Shown here: positions 40,601 to 53,749 of the stretch, one piece after another
How positions within the stretch are numbered: the first letter of the stretch is position 1
Layout: each line of letters starts with the position of its first letter
Assembly (NCBI GenBank): GCA_008632985.1
Contig: QPGO01000017.1
Coordinates: forward strand, 558,001-622,000
From: Psammoneis japonica
Lineage: Eukaryota
Direction: 5' to 3'
DNA length: 64,000 nucleotides
The notes under the pieces: model-generated
The model's input: the letters and a program-made list of their open reading frames with translations, nothing else
What the model was told of the DNA's origin: nothing
Database searches by the model: none
Made by a program: the position numbers and the translations under genes

Positions 40601-43333
40601 ACAACTCTGCCAATGCATTTTCTTTCTGCCAATCTTCCTCATATGTCGTGACTTGGGGCAGACTGGTGCTGCACCTGTGCCCTTGGGTGGTCCATCTAGA
40701 TTGAATTGAGTGACAACTGGAGATTGTCCTCCAACCCTGAGGTGTGCTTGTGCATCATTTATTGCTTGGCACAGTGCAAGATGGCCTTGATCAGATTCAA
40801 GGTCCAGGTGCATGTCACCAACCGAGAAACATCGGATTCTTGTTCCTCATTGTCTTCCTCTTTATCACTCACAATGTTTGCCTTGTTTGCTTTGACAGGA
40901 TCATTGTCTTTTCAGTGGCATCATGTGCTCCAAATTTGGTGCAAAAGGCTTTGAACTGTTGGCAGCCAGGAGCCAGGAGCATGGCCAAATGTTGCAACAT
41001 TGGTTTCTGCACCAAGGGGAACTGCAAGTTTATTTTTCTTCTGATTCCAGCACACCAGAGTGCATTGCTTGAAATCCATGATTTTCCCTGTGCCCTCAAT
41101 TGGCTCACAGTCCTTTTGTGTCTTTGCCCAGTGTTGTGGACTTGGTGGATGGATCTCACCATCAGGCACACAGTGCAAATTTGGAATCTTAAATTAGTGA
41201 GCAGCCCCATTTTCATTGCATCATTGCCAGATCAATGTGCCCATCATGACTCCTGTCACTCTTGACCCTCCCAATCCTTTCACACTGCTTGCTTGCTTGG
41301 AACAAGCTTGCTGACAAAGTCAGTGCGGCGTTGGATGCACATCAGGTGCACTGGTTGTCCATGCCTGTGGGTCTCGAATCCACACCAAATTGAGCCACAT
41401 TCTCTCATTTGAGAGCATCATTCTGGGCCATCATGCAGATTGCCAGGATGGCCCCAGTGCTGCTGTCATGCCCATTGAATGTCTTTGGCAACATTTGCTG
41501 TTGAACTTGCTCAATGGCTCTTGGGCTTGCCTGATTCTCCCTCTTTGAGATTGCTTGGCTGTGGACAGTCAATCAACTCTTCTTCTGACATGTCAACCAG
41601 CTCAGTTCCTGTCCATTGCATGCTTGACTTGGCTTGCTGCAACAATCTTTCACGTTTCTTCCAACCCTTTGATCATGGAATGCATTGCAGAACTGGGTTG
41701 GCATCAGGACATTTGCAAAAGAGAACAATGAGATGGAAAATGACAGCAGTCAGCAACACACAAGCTCCGGTGACAAATTTGATTGGAGCACCTTTTGCAA
41801 TTGCTCCCCTCTTGACAATTCACAGACTGCGATGGAGATCCAATTGCAGGACACAACTGTCTGCACAAATTGCATTGGCAGCAGCAACAGTGGCACAACC
41901 ACAAATGCAGTTGCTTGCCACATTGCAAACAACATCATGCAGAAAGCAAATCAATGGATTCCCTGATCAGAGTTGGGTTTGCCAACTTGCTCAACAAGTC
42001 ATTCTTCATTTGATGATTCAATCTCATCTGCAATGGCAGTGAGAGCTTCAGGCAGTTTCAGCAACTTGAGGTCCTTTGGAATCTTGGTTGTCAGTGCCTC
42101 ATCTCTCTTTTTGGGAGGACATTTTGCACCTCCAAGTTTCCAAGTGAGGAAGGCTTTTTCCTTTGCAGGCCAACAGTTTGTGGATCTGCTGCGTTCCATC
42201 ACATTTTCTGCCCATGTCCTTGTGACAATGACAGCACAGCTTGTCATTCCAGCATTGGGGCTCATCAAGCTGATTGTTTGTGGGTCTCTCAATTCTCCAA
42301 CCAAGCAAAAGGCTTCTAACCATGAGTCTTCTGTCCTCCTTTCTTTTGACTCTTGGCATTGCCTCTTTCTTTTTAGCATCAGATTTTTTGCCACAAGATG
42401 ATTTCTTGAAGGCATCAACTTTGGCTTCTAGAGCCAGAATCTTCTCCTTCTTCAGGGATGGAGTGCTCCACTCATCACTCTGCACCATCTTCTTGCACTT
42501 GTTTGCCACAAGTTTATGAGTTTGTTGGGGTCCATGTCATTTCCTTCATCATGCTTGCAACAGATGCAATTTACAAAGGTTTTGTCAGATGCTGCAAGGT
42601 GCCCCTCAAATTAGTTCAATTTTGAGATCTTTCACAGTCTTGCTGCCATGAGACTTGAGAGCTTGCAACAGGACTCAGGAGGAGCATGCATTGATTGAAT
42701 TTTGTGATTTCACTTGATGCTGTGCCAACGTGCTTGTCAAGATTGCTGAGTTTCATTCTGATGCTTGTCACAGCTGCATTGGTGTTGAGAGGTGACTTTC
42801 TTGAAAATTGTTGCCTTCAACAGAAGGTTTCCCAATGGACATGTCTTGTTGTTCTTGAGAATTTTACACTGTTTCCCCCAGACCGGAATTCTTGTCTTTC
42901 CTTCTTCAGAAAGTGCACTCACAGGAAGGTGACAAAGAGCATCCTTGTGTCTTGTGCTGGCCTCACCAGTTGGTTGATGCACATGTGCTTGCAGCCATTG
43001 ATGGATGAGGTCCTTTTCAATTTGACCACAGTGTGTCAATGAATTGGCGGCATCAAATGTGGTGTCCATTGGATCATGAGGAATCATCAAGATCCCATTT
43101 TCTTCATTCCAACCATTTTTGGCAGCTCTGTCTTCAAGAGTCTTGAGGAACTGAACAAGTTTCTCCTGTGAACAGTCAAAGCCATTTGGGGCATGATTTT
43201 CTTGACTGCCTTGTTGCAAATGGCTCAATGTGCCTTTTCCACAAAGTCAAGAATGCCTGTGATGGCCTGAGCAGGTGTCAGAGAAAATGCCATGATGCCC
43301 AACCATCTGTTCTGTCTCACCACAGAGGAAGCT

Positions 43334-43648
43334 TGTTAAAATGCCTGACCACTGAATGTCCAAACTAACTGACAATGTCAGCCAGTGTGTTTCAACTGAT
43401 GGAGAGTTCAGCTGTCACAGGAAGAAAAATCACAAATTGTGAGCATGGAGCAGAGCAATTTTCCACTCACTTTGAGGAGCATTGAACGGATCACTTTCAA
43501 TGCTCAATGGAGGAATTTGGAACATTTTGCAGTCCCTTCAAATTGCAGTCAATCAATTCACAGGGGCCATTGGTCAAATGTCCACAATGTCCTCATGACC
43601 AAACATCTGCCAATGTTGCAACTTGAGCATGATGTCATTCATTTGACA
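43334..43648 (-). repeat. 5' LTR of the Copia element
   Basis: Shares aactgacaatg, ctgatggagagtt, aacattttgcagtc, aaattgcagtcaa and aacttgagcatgatgt with 37362-37661. Confidence 0.85.
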
Positions 43649-43768
43649 GAGAGCACAATGTTTTCAGTGTTGTCTGTTGCCACACATGGCAGCAGCTTCA
43701 AAGCTGTGTTGTTTGTGCTGGTTGTGCATCATTGTTGCAGCTCATTTCCACCTCACTCAGCTCTCAGC

Positions 43769-44118
43769 ATGGCAAATGGTGGCCCTCTTCCTCTTGAGTT
43801 GACCAACAAAGCTGTCAGATCACAGCTGTGGATGTTGATGTGAAAAAAAAGACATTGTTGGCTCACTTCACCTCCAGGTTTTGGCATTTGTGCAAGTTGC
43901 AGCACACGCTTGTTGCCAAATCTTTCTTTTCAACAGATGAGTTGTTCCTTTTTGCTTTGCTTCATTGCTTTGTGGCCATGAAAGTGAATCTTTTCTTGGA
44001 TGATGCAATCAATTGTGCACCCAAGGCAAGAAACAAAGGACGAGTCACTGTGAGATGCTGGCAAGCAAATTTTGCTCAACAGGAATCAGACAAAAATGGT
44101 GCTCTGGGGGGGGGGGGT
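43769..44118 (+). pseudogene. LSm5 pseudogene (genomic duplicate retaining the intron)
   Basis: LPLELTNKAVRSQLWMLM* and VNLFLDDAINCAPKARNKGRVT; premature TGA and frameshifts. Confidence 0.9.
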
Positions 44119-44129
44119 TCATGACCATT

Positions 44130-45680
44130 GACTGTGACAGAATCCTCACACAACCATGTTTCACAAATTGCCAGTGGCCACATCAATGACAGTGTGTGGG
44201 AAACCACAGCAGCATCACAAACAAGCATGTTGATTTGGACATGCTTGTGAAATTTCAATGTTGTGACAGCTCTTGCACATCTCCAACCATGCTCAAAATG
44301 CAACTCACTCTTGGCTTGGTGCAGTCCTGTCTTAGCACCAGCAACAAACTCTGACATGTTTGCCTTTGCCATGCATTCTGCATGCTTCAAATTTCATGTT
44401 TGCCATTGCAACCAAGTCACAAGACAATTCTGCCATGTGACAGACAATGCAGAGTGGTTGGTGTGCATTCATCATGACCAACAAATGCTTCAGCATGTTT
44501 CTCAAACAGCTGGCCTGCCAAAGTCTTGGCAATCAAATGATGTGGACCACCCACCCACACTCCTCCCACAGTCTTTGGATCTTTGGCATGCTCAGTCACT
44601 CTTGTTGTGAGCAATCTCAAATGAATGATTCTTGCTGTCACCCCATGCTTTGCCCTCAGCTTCAAACACAATCTTTGATTTGGAGTCACCAGCATCATGG
44701 TGCACTGAACAGATTCCATGCTTTGCCACTCATGAACACAGATCCTCCTGCAGCAAGATGCAATTGGTGCTGTTCCTTCCAGCAACTCAAAGTCATCTTC
44801 AAAACTCCAGCTGACAGCTGGCAGAATCAATTTTTGCCCTTTTGTTCTCTTGGTCAATGTCAATTTTGCATCCCAAATTTATTTGAGTTCTTCTGTGTTG
44901 TCACAATCAAACAAATTCTTCATCTGCTTCATTGTTTGCTTCTTGAACACAGTGCTTTGGTCCACAAATGAACCAGTCATCAACCCATGTTGTCAACTGT
45001 GTGGCTGACCCATCAAAAACCACTTGAATTGCAAACAGGGATTGGTGTTGCTCTTTTTATCTTTCACTTTTATGGAAGCTTTGTTGATTTCCCACTGGAG
45101 TGCAATGGCAGCTTGCTTCAGCCCATGTGTTGTTTGCAATGAAGATGGCACAACATCTCCTGAATGGAGTCTTTCAAATCCTTGTGACACTTCCATGTGT
45201 GCAGTTGTTGTTCATTCTCTAAAATTGGGCCATTGAAAATGCTCCACATGCATCCAACAACTGGGCCCAGTGCACATCAGTGCCAACAATGCTGCCCATG
45301 CAGTGACGTCATTTGCAGCTGGCACAATTTGTTGAGCTCCTTGCAGTGCTCTCCCTCCACTTGTGTTTTTGAACAATCTCCACAAGCATTTGTGTGAGCC
45401 CAAAATTCTCAATTTGCCTTCTGTTTTATCACCCAAGTTGAGCTTGGAATTCTTGCATCCTCCGGAATGTCCTTGTGATTGCTCAGCTCCCAGACGCTGT
45501 GTGCGCTGCTGCAAACTTGTGACGCACCCTCTTCTCCAGCTGGTGCTTCACAGCACTCCCAGGCAGCGTGGAACGTTGGCTGTCTTCACAGCTTCAACAT
45601 CATGTTTCATGACTTTTAATTCTGAAGTGTTCTTGAATCCACCGCCCAGTCCAGCTGCACAGCTCCAACCAATGGCTGAT
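44130..45680 (-). mobile_element. Ty1/Copia remnant, third copy
   Basis: Colinear with 26600-28170 and 33170-33930; AKTLAGQLFEKHAEAFVGHDEC; MEVSQGFERLHSGDVV. Confidence 0.78.
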
Positions 45681-45939
45681 CAGGCAATTCTGGCGCAAAA
45701 AAGGGCAGGTCCCGCCCCCCATCCAGGCGAAGCCTGCATGGACACGCACTGTACACTTGAACACCTGTGTCGTCGCGGCGCGCCAAAAATTTTTGCCGCG
45801 GCGGTCGACGGTCGCGCGGCACCGCCGCATCTCCTCGCTCTGCAAGCAGCAAGCAGTGACAGGTGACAGCGTAGCGGGTGTTCTCGTTGTTGTGCAGTAC
45901 TGTCTTTGTTGTGTCTACTCCCAGTTGTGTGTGTGTGCG

Positions 45940-47325
45940 ATGCCTCCAAAGAAGAAGCAGAACAGATCCCAAGCTTCCATTGACAAGCGGAACGCAACAA
46001 AGCGGGAGCAGCGAAGGTTGGCAAACGAAGAAAAGGAACGAAAGGCCCTCATGGCTGAAGCGCGCACGAAGAAGAACACGGAGCGGATGAGGAAGAAACG
46101 CGCAGAAGAGAAAGCGAACGAGGGAAAGCACTCCAATGCTGGCGAGATCCCAGTGCCAGCCTCCGGTGCTGTCATGGAACCCAGTGCCGCTGCTGCTGTC
46201 GTGCCCGCTGCCGGAACGGCGGTCGTGCCCGCTGATGCTGCTGTTGAACTACCGACCGAAAACATGATTGCGGCCATTGTACCCACTCTTCCTGTGAACC
46301 ATCAAACTGCCATTGCTTTGGTGGCTCAGCAGAACGAGTTTGACCGCGCAATTTACCAAGACGAAGCAGCCAGCATCAAGGACGTCGCGGAATCAGTCGC
46401 GGAGGCAGTCGCGAGTAAAGTCGTGAAAGAAGCGTTTGCTGAGATGAGGCAGAGCAAGGCTGATCTCAAGTCGTCGACTGAAAATCGCTCCAAGGAGATC
46501 ATTGCGCTACTTACGCCGGCCAAATCGGCGCCGACTCCTCTCCGTCCGGCGGAGAACATTGAGGAGATTCCTCCAACTCCGGCTCCCACGGCGGTCGCCA
46601 CGAATGAAATCGTCTGAAAGACGATGAAGCGTTCATGACGCCACCCTCGCAAGGAGAAGAGGAGACGGTGCCTCACCTGGCGGACGATACGGAGAAAGAG
46701 GAACAAGAGGCAGTGGAAACTCCGAGGAGTAAGTAAATGAACAGGCACATCAAATACATGGCATATACTTTCTTTTCATCATGTAACTGACACATGTGCG
46801 TCGTGTCATTCCGACATCACAGAATCTTTTCTCTCTCGCGTTTCGGGTGCCGTCTCCTATGTTTTTACTCCTAGAAAGGAGGAGACTGATGCTCAAGGGT
46901 CTGAAAATTCTTCGGACGGTAGCAAGGAATCGGTTGATGACCACGATTCTACCAGGGACTCCGATACAGCGGGTGACGATTTTGCCAACGATTCCGAGGT
47001 TTCTGTGGTCGAGCAAGATTTTGCCGAGGGCGCTGACTCCGAGAATGAAACTTCTGTCGAAGGTGAAGAGGCCTCTGTTGGCGAGGAGGGGTTCCTCATG
47101 GACAATTCTGATGTCAACAAATCCGACGGCTCTGATTCGGAGGATGATGAGGATACCGACGATGGTATTGGTGTCAACAATTCCGGCGACGCCGATTCGG
47201 AGTCTTCGTCCAGTGGCACCGATTCGACGGATGGCCATTCTGTCGACAGCGTGCCGATGACCTCCCCGGTCTGCAACAGGTTCAATCTTCGTCCTCGGCG
47301 TGCCGCCAAGAACTACATCTCCTGA
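45940..47325 (+). pseudogene. Unknown coiled-coil protein, copy 2, with acidic Asp/Ser/Glu-rich 3' part; stop at 46617 suggests disruption
   Basis: MPPKKKQNRSQASIDKRNATKREQRR...; paralog of 34165; acidic ORF ending FNLRPRRAAKNYIS at 47325. Confidence 0.5.
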
Positions 47326-48565
47326 ATCTGTAGTATTTGTTGTCATATGGAGTGGTGATTCATTCGCAGAGAAGCATGTCGCTGCACTCATCGCAAGCAG
47401 CCCTGAAACTTCATTTTCTGTACTCACTTGGTGCCGTACTTTTTCAACTTGTCGATGGTCCTTGCACCGTCAGCATGGTCGGTCCGCAAGTAGTAGTGTA
47501 GGGTAGAAAAAGTTTCTATTCTAGTAACCAGATTGTATCAGGGAAAAACAGTGTTGCTCACATAGGATACATTGTGATAGCACTGTGCCGGTACATTAGA
47601 TTAAGATGGAATAGTTCATTCCGCGGTTTTTGTTCGGAAACCCACACGGTAAGTTGCGTTGCGCTTCACAGGATGAAAAACGCTACGCTTGAATTGCTGC
47701 ACAGGCTTCCACATAGATCATTCACAAAATTAAGTGTATTCCATACAGCGAACTGAATTGACCTTACTCACTCGATACTCGCTACAGATAACGCCACATC
47801 GTCGTCCTTATCCCAGAGAAAGAAAAGCGGCGTCGATAGAGCTCTGCTTTTTCCACTTACTCCTCATGGCAGAGAATATATCATTGTGATATAGTTGAAA
47901 TAATACGCAACACTCAATGGGTCTGCAGATTTCACATGCTCTGCAGCATTTGCTTCCTCGAGAGCCAAACCCTTCCATTCTCGACTCTTGGCGAAGTTTA
48001 CCAATAATGTTGGCGTCAGCAGTCACAATGTATTTACGTCAAAGTCTTTCGGGTCGGAGCATACAGACACGGTCAATGCTGAACATCCCTGCTTGCAAGT
48101 GGGAGCAAGCGTACCGATTCGCACTATCTATAAAAATCGAGTATAGCTACAACTTTCCGACTTTCCGCTGCCTTTCAACAACAACGGACCTTCTCTGCTG
48201 CAGCACATTCTTCTTCTTACCACCGTGGAAGAGTATTATCTCCCGCCATACTACAGGAAAATTGAACATCCAGAGCCTTGTCAAAACAAGGCTTGCTCTT
48301 CCTTTCAATCGATTCGGTGTGCTCGGACATCGTTCTGACACCTGCATTAGTCAACCCTTGCTTACTGATTCGAGACATGTTGCGCAGAAGAGTGCAATGA
48401 GTTGGCACAGAAGTCTCTCACCATCTCAGTGCTCGACCCAACACAGAAACTCTAAATCTGATGACGTCGGGAGGGTCGTTTAGGTCATGGTGCTGTAGAC
48501 AGCGGGAAATCCAGCCCAATGATCGCTGGGCCTCCCCTGAATTGTGCCATCCGCGCCCACGGTTC
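47325..48565. repeat. Duplicate of ~34923-36230, with no intact ORF
   Basis: gaatctgtagtatttgttgtcat...gtgatagcactgtgccggtaca...ctgaattgtgccatccg occurs in both. Confidence 0.9.
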
Positions 48566-49699
48566 CCATCTCATTTCGAAAAATGCCACACGTCTATCTT
48601 GTAACGACAACAAGCGTAGGTTGGAAGCAATCGTCAAGGGAAATAGCTTTTCACGAGCGCTCTTGTTGATGTGCCAACACTGCCCCTTCTCCCGTAAGAG
48701 GCTTTCTTGTTTCACGCCGTCATCTGACCAAGTCAACTTGCACTGTAGTCTCACTTTTGCAATGTGCACCAAGCTTGGCTGCGCAGACCCGGCGATAACA
48801 ATTCGAAACATAGGACAGTAATTGCACCGTTGTTTGTTCAACTTTGCCTTGCAACATGCCGCACACGGTGGGTCATCAACTGCATGTCCTCCAAGCGGCG
48901 ATTTCCACTGGCTGGAGATTTTATCTTTTCGCTCCAGAGCAACCGACTCGTCTCTTCTTAAAAATGTGCTGTCTGCTGTCTAGCTAGAAGAATCCGTAAT
49001 GGGCACTGAAGCTCCCGCATCATTTTCTTTTAAAGACCTTTGTGCGAACTGCCTCATTTAAGACCAGATGTTTCGAACGTCGACACAAACGCTGCTCGGT
49101 GGTGGTGTGATGCGTGATTGTCGGAGGGATTGAGCTCGAATTATCGCAAAAGCACGATCAACGTTCATTCCGCGCTTTTTCTGCTGTTTCACCTGACGCC
49201 AACTGGCCCAGCTCTGAGCAACAGTTTCTTTTGCAGCCGAACGACGAATTTGTAAGATCGAAGAATCGGCAGGTGCGTGTGCAGTGTGTTGTCGGAGACA
49301 GCTGGCTTGAAACGAATAAGACGTCATGGTCGATTTTCGGGCTGGGGGTGATGCGATGTGATGTGCGGCCTTCGAGCGTCCGTCAGGCGGCGTGGAGCGT
49401 CCGACCTGCCTCCGTAAAATCCGGGTATCTTTCTGCTGAGGTGTGCGCATTTTGTGCGCATTCTGTGCGCATTTTGTGCGCAGGCCTTGCACGCGGCATT
49501 TTGATGTGTTTCAGGACAAACCTGTTGTCATGCGTGGGACTCCTTCTTCAGCTGGAAGACAACAGTTCTTAAATGCAGACAATTTGTGACAGACACACTC
49601 ACTCATTCAGCTTGCGATCAGCAGCTGGCTGGGCTTGGCCCCGCAGCCTTGCTGCCTGGGCGGCGCAGCTGGCAGCTGTGCACTTCCCGCTGGGTGTCT

Positions 49700-51320
49700 T
49701 GCCTTGAAGCTCTTCACAAGTTTTTTCTTGACCAAGCTCTTGCAATGTTTCCTGGTTTTGGTGCTCATCTTCTGTGCTGCAGAGCGCGGTGCTGCCGTGC
49801 TCTTCACCTTTCAGAGGGCTGCCGGACGGGCTCCAGTCCTGGGCGGGACTTTTTGTGACATTGGGCCCGCAGAATTCTACGTGCGAGCTCCGCATTACAA
49901 AAATTTAATCAATGGATGCTTTTGTCTTCAACATCAAATGAACACCAAGTTTGTGGCACAAGTGTGGCCATTGCTGCTTGACGTTTTTGCAAACGCGCCT
50001 GCCCTGCCCCATTCTCAAGACATTTGCGAATGGCGTGGAAGAAAAAAATGTCAAAAGTTGTTGGACGGATCACTCAACAAGTGCACCATAAAATGACACC
50101 AAACGTGGTGCGATCCAAAAAACTCTCGATGTCACAGTTCAGCGGTGCGAGGTCCCACCTGACGTGTTCCAGCTGCACGTAACCCAAATCGTGCACAAAA
50201 ACGACATTTGCGCGATTTTTGCGCGGTCTCTGACTTGCGAACAGTTTTTCACCACCAAAAGCACAGATTTGCTCAAATTCTAATGTTTTGCAACACTGAC
50301 AAGACTCGTGTGAGTGTTGCAAAATCATTGTCATTGTGCCATCAATGTTTTTCATTGCGACAAACGAGTCGCAACACAACGGATGATTTTCGGCGAAATC
50401 ATTGCCGTCATTTGGATGTCAACTGAGTGTGTCTTTCTACGATGCTTTTCAGTGCATTTGCTGCTTACAAAGAAATTTCTGTGTGAAGAGTGCGGATGTG
50501 CAATCAGTGCTCAGTCTGCTGAGGAAGTTTGTGATGCATGTGTCATGAGGAACTCGACACCCAACAAAAAACTGTTTGATTCTTCACAATCATGCATGCT
50601 CTAGATGCCTGTAAAAGCCAATCTGCCTGAGCATTTTACATGAAAATGCTGCATGCACTAAGAGATGCATGATTTATGTTCAAAGTCGATTGTCGTTTTG
50701 TGTGTCACCTGGGACTGGAACACGTCACCTGGAGCTGGAACGCATCGCCGGCAGCCCTCGTGCAGCTGGGGGCTGCAGATGTGGAGACCAGCCTTGCGCT
50801 GGAGAGCAGCACAGCCAAGCTTGTGGGGCCAATGCTTTCTGTCTTTGTTCAGTCTCATGTGGCACCTCTTGCCCAAATGCCATGCTTGGTGATGTCCTCT
50901 GCCAGTGCAAATTTTTTGGCACCTGGGTTGCCAGCCAATGAAGGCCAAACGACGACGTTTTGTGATGTTTGGCCCGCAGAATTCTGCGTGCGAGCTCTGC
51001 AGTGCAAGAATCTAATCAATGGATGTTTTTGTCTTCAACATCAAATGCAACAGCCAAGTTTGTGGCACATTTGTGCCTGTCCACACTCGAAGTTTTCGGT
51101 TGTCCGCCTGCCCTGCGCCATTCTAAAGACATTTGCAAATGGCGCAGAAGAAAAAAATGTTAAAAGTTGTTGAATGGATCGCTCAACAATTGTGCTGCAA
51201 AATGATGCAAAATTCCACCAAAGTCACGTAGAAATGTGTGTGCGCGACATGCGGCACGATTCAAAAAACCATCCATGTCACAGTTCAGCAGTGCAAGGTC
51301 CCACCCAGAGCTGGAACATG
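49700..51320. repeat. Diverged direct repeat (~49700-50170 and ~50830-51320)
   Basis: ggcccgcagaattct(a/g)cgtgcgagctc...aatcaatggatg.ttttgtcttcaacatcaaatg occurs in both. Confidence 0.85.
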
Positions 51321-51329
51321 TCAAACAGC

Positions 51330-52620
51330 CCTCATCTGCTTTGACATGATTGCAACTTTGTGCGCCCACCACCGCACGTGCTCCCCACAAGAATGACACT
51401 CACACAAATCCCAGAGCACTTGGTCAGAATTTTGGCATTTTTTGGGCAAGTGCACAAAACATGTGCACAGCCAACGGCATTTTGAGGCCTTTTTCTGACC
51501 ATCTTGGCTGGTGTGAAGATCCAAGGCTGGCCCTGTCTACCCCCCCAGTCAATTGTTTTGGATTGTGCCCACCCTTCTTGTCCAATGGAGTCTGTGACAG
51601 AGCTGCAAAGCAAGCACTCTTGTACACTCACAATCGCAGCAACTCTGAGCTCCCCTCTGGAGCCCACAAGGACACCACACACAAAGCAAAACACGAAGTG
51701 GCCAAACGGAAAGCAAGGACACATGAGGCAACACTCAGATTGATTTTCAGCTCTTTGCCCAAGAACAACAAGGCCAGAGCTGTCAAGAATGATGCCAAAG
51801 CAGGAGCATGGCTGTTGCGCACAACCCTTTGATGCTGAGCTGCACAGAGCTCTTGTGCAAACAGCTCTGCAATGTTTTTGTTTGTGGTGCAGCAAGGCCT
51901 TGCCTGATCTCCTTGAGCACTGCAGTGGATGTGGGCACAAGCTCTTTGCAAACCATGCCCTTCAATGTGGGGAGGGCATGGCTGGGTTGTTGGGCGGCAT
52001 GACAAAGTGAGCGGCAACCCAAGTGGCCCAGTTGGAGAGGCTTGCAGGCTGTCCTGTGCGAATGACAAACCTGCCATTGAGAACCCTGCTGTTGGTCATG
52101 TCATCTTGGCAAGCCCAAGCAACTTGGGCAATCCATCAAGTGACAAAAGTTCCAAAGTGCCCAAGGATGGCAACTGTGGAGATGTTCCAGCATGCAGACT
52201 CTGGGGCAGAAGGGCAGACATGGTCATGGTTGTGGATGTCTGAGCTCCAGGCATGGGAGCAGGCAAGATTGTGCCCACCCAAGGCACTGGGGCAAGCTCC
52301 AGCAGACCATGAACAAGATGAAAAGCACAAGCAATGAGAGAAAAAGTGCAAGCACCTCAATGAGAGAAAAAGTGCAAGCACCAAGCACCTCGTGCCCCGC
52401 CTTGAGCAACGTTGCCACTTTTCTCCTGCCCTTTGCAGCACCAGGATGCCCGGCAGAGAGAGGCCAGAGAGGTGCTCTGAACAATTGCTTCAAGGATGCT
52501 TGACAAGCAACAAAAGCTGTGCTTGGAGGTGTGTGGCCACGCTGATGCAAGAATGAGCACCGCACAATGGCAAGGGCAGCCCTGCAGCATTGCCGCTGCC
52601 CAGTGGGATCATGCACTCCC
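51330..52620 (+). mobile_element. Degenerate 3' part of an RLE-type (CRE-like) non-LTR retrotransposon
   Basis: AGAWL, Zn-knuckle CSGCGHKLFANHALQC, then GDVPACRLWGRRADMVMVVDV resembling the restriction-like endonuclease region. Confidence 0.6.
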
Positions 52621-53749
52621 TCATCTCAGAGCTGATGGTTTTTGCTCAGAGCCACTTGTGTTTCCCAGGGGGTTTCAAATCAAGTGTTTGCACCAGACAT
52701 CTGATGCATGAGAAATTTTCAATGTTTGCTGGCACAGACCATGCAGATTGCATGCCAGAGATGGTCCAATGCCCACGCTGTCATGCTGAACGCCATTTTT
52801 GCAATCTGTCAAACAAGCTTGTTCACATTTTGTGTCAGCAAGAATTGTGGATTTGTGGTTGTCCAAAGTGTGCCAAAAAATTGATTGTGCAATGACTCAA
52901 GGCAGGTTGGTGCTGTTTCAATTGTCACAGGTGCTTTCACCAATTTTCCTGCTTCTTTTTTGTTTTCACAAATCTTTGTCCATTTCAGAAAAGTCAAGGG
53001 CATGGAGCATTTTTGTGGTGATCTAAGTGCAATCACGTTGCTGTGGGCAGGAGCTGCAATCCTTGCCAGCATGCACTGGGAATGAGTGCATGCAACGGTG
53101 TCAGCTTGTGCAGGAGACAGGTCAGCAGGTCAGCACTGTCTCTTGTGGGCTTCTGCTGAACAATGGGGAAAAAGGGGCCAAGACAGGAGATTACAGAAAA
53201 GGTCAACCCGCTTGACCGACACTTCAACATGTTTGTGCTGCACAGCTTGCATTGGCTGCTCATCTCATTTTGTTCCCAGTTCTTGAGCTGACCAACATCA
53301 GAGTCAGCATTTTGACTTCATTGTCATGCGTCACCCACTGTGTGTGCTCAACAATGCAGCTGGAGAGTCTTCTCCTTTCTGCCATCAGATGCAGCTGCTG
53401 CTGAGCAAGAAACATCTCCTCCTCAACCGTGCAAAGAAATGCTTCAGCTTTGTGAACCAGCTGCAATTGTGGGTGCAGCAGCAGAGGAAAGAAACTTGGA
53501 TTCAGCCAATTGGAGCTTCGCGATGAAAATTTGAGCTTCGCACACAAAAACACGCAATTGTCTCCGAATTTGTAGTGAGCAGTCTTACAGTGCACCGGAC
53601 GCGCACGTGACGCTCCAAAAAATTTGCTGGGGGAGCTCTGAAGAGACACGGATTTTTGCTTTCACTGCACGCAATGATCGCAACATCGCAGCCGTGATGC
53701 AACACAACACCGCATGCAACGCGCATCGAGTCAATTGTGCCTTGACAGC

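Larger units (their letters stand above)
37362..43648 (-). mobile_element. Near full-length degenerate Ty1/Copia LTR retrotransposon (diatom CoDi-like), ~6.3 kb
   Basis: Minus-strand order gag (~43200-42000), integrase (VVSMDQ...KILACHADDGTLKAKQW...HHMNAVAECCI), RT (GIDCSKTHAP, QDFLGINIKRK), RNaseH (FEDNSSALEIAKTHKHHPRTKHL); LTRs at both ends; purine tract AAGAGGGAG (plus strand 37662-37670) abuts the 3' LTR; no clean TSD. Confidence 0.92.

Noticed and set aside
37356..43654. Target-site duplication of the Copia element
   Set aside because: Flanks (agctc versus gagag) do not match convincingly.
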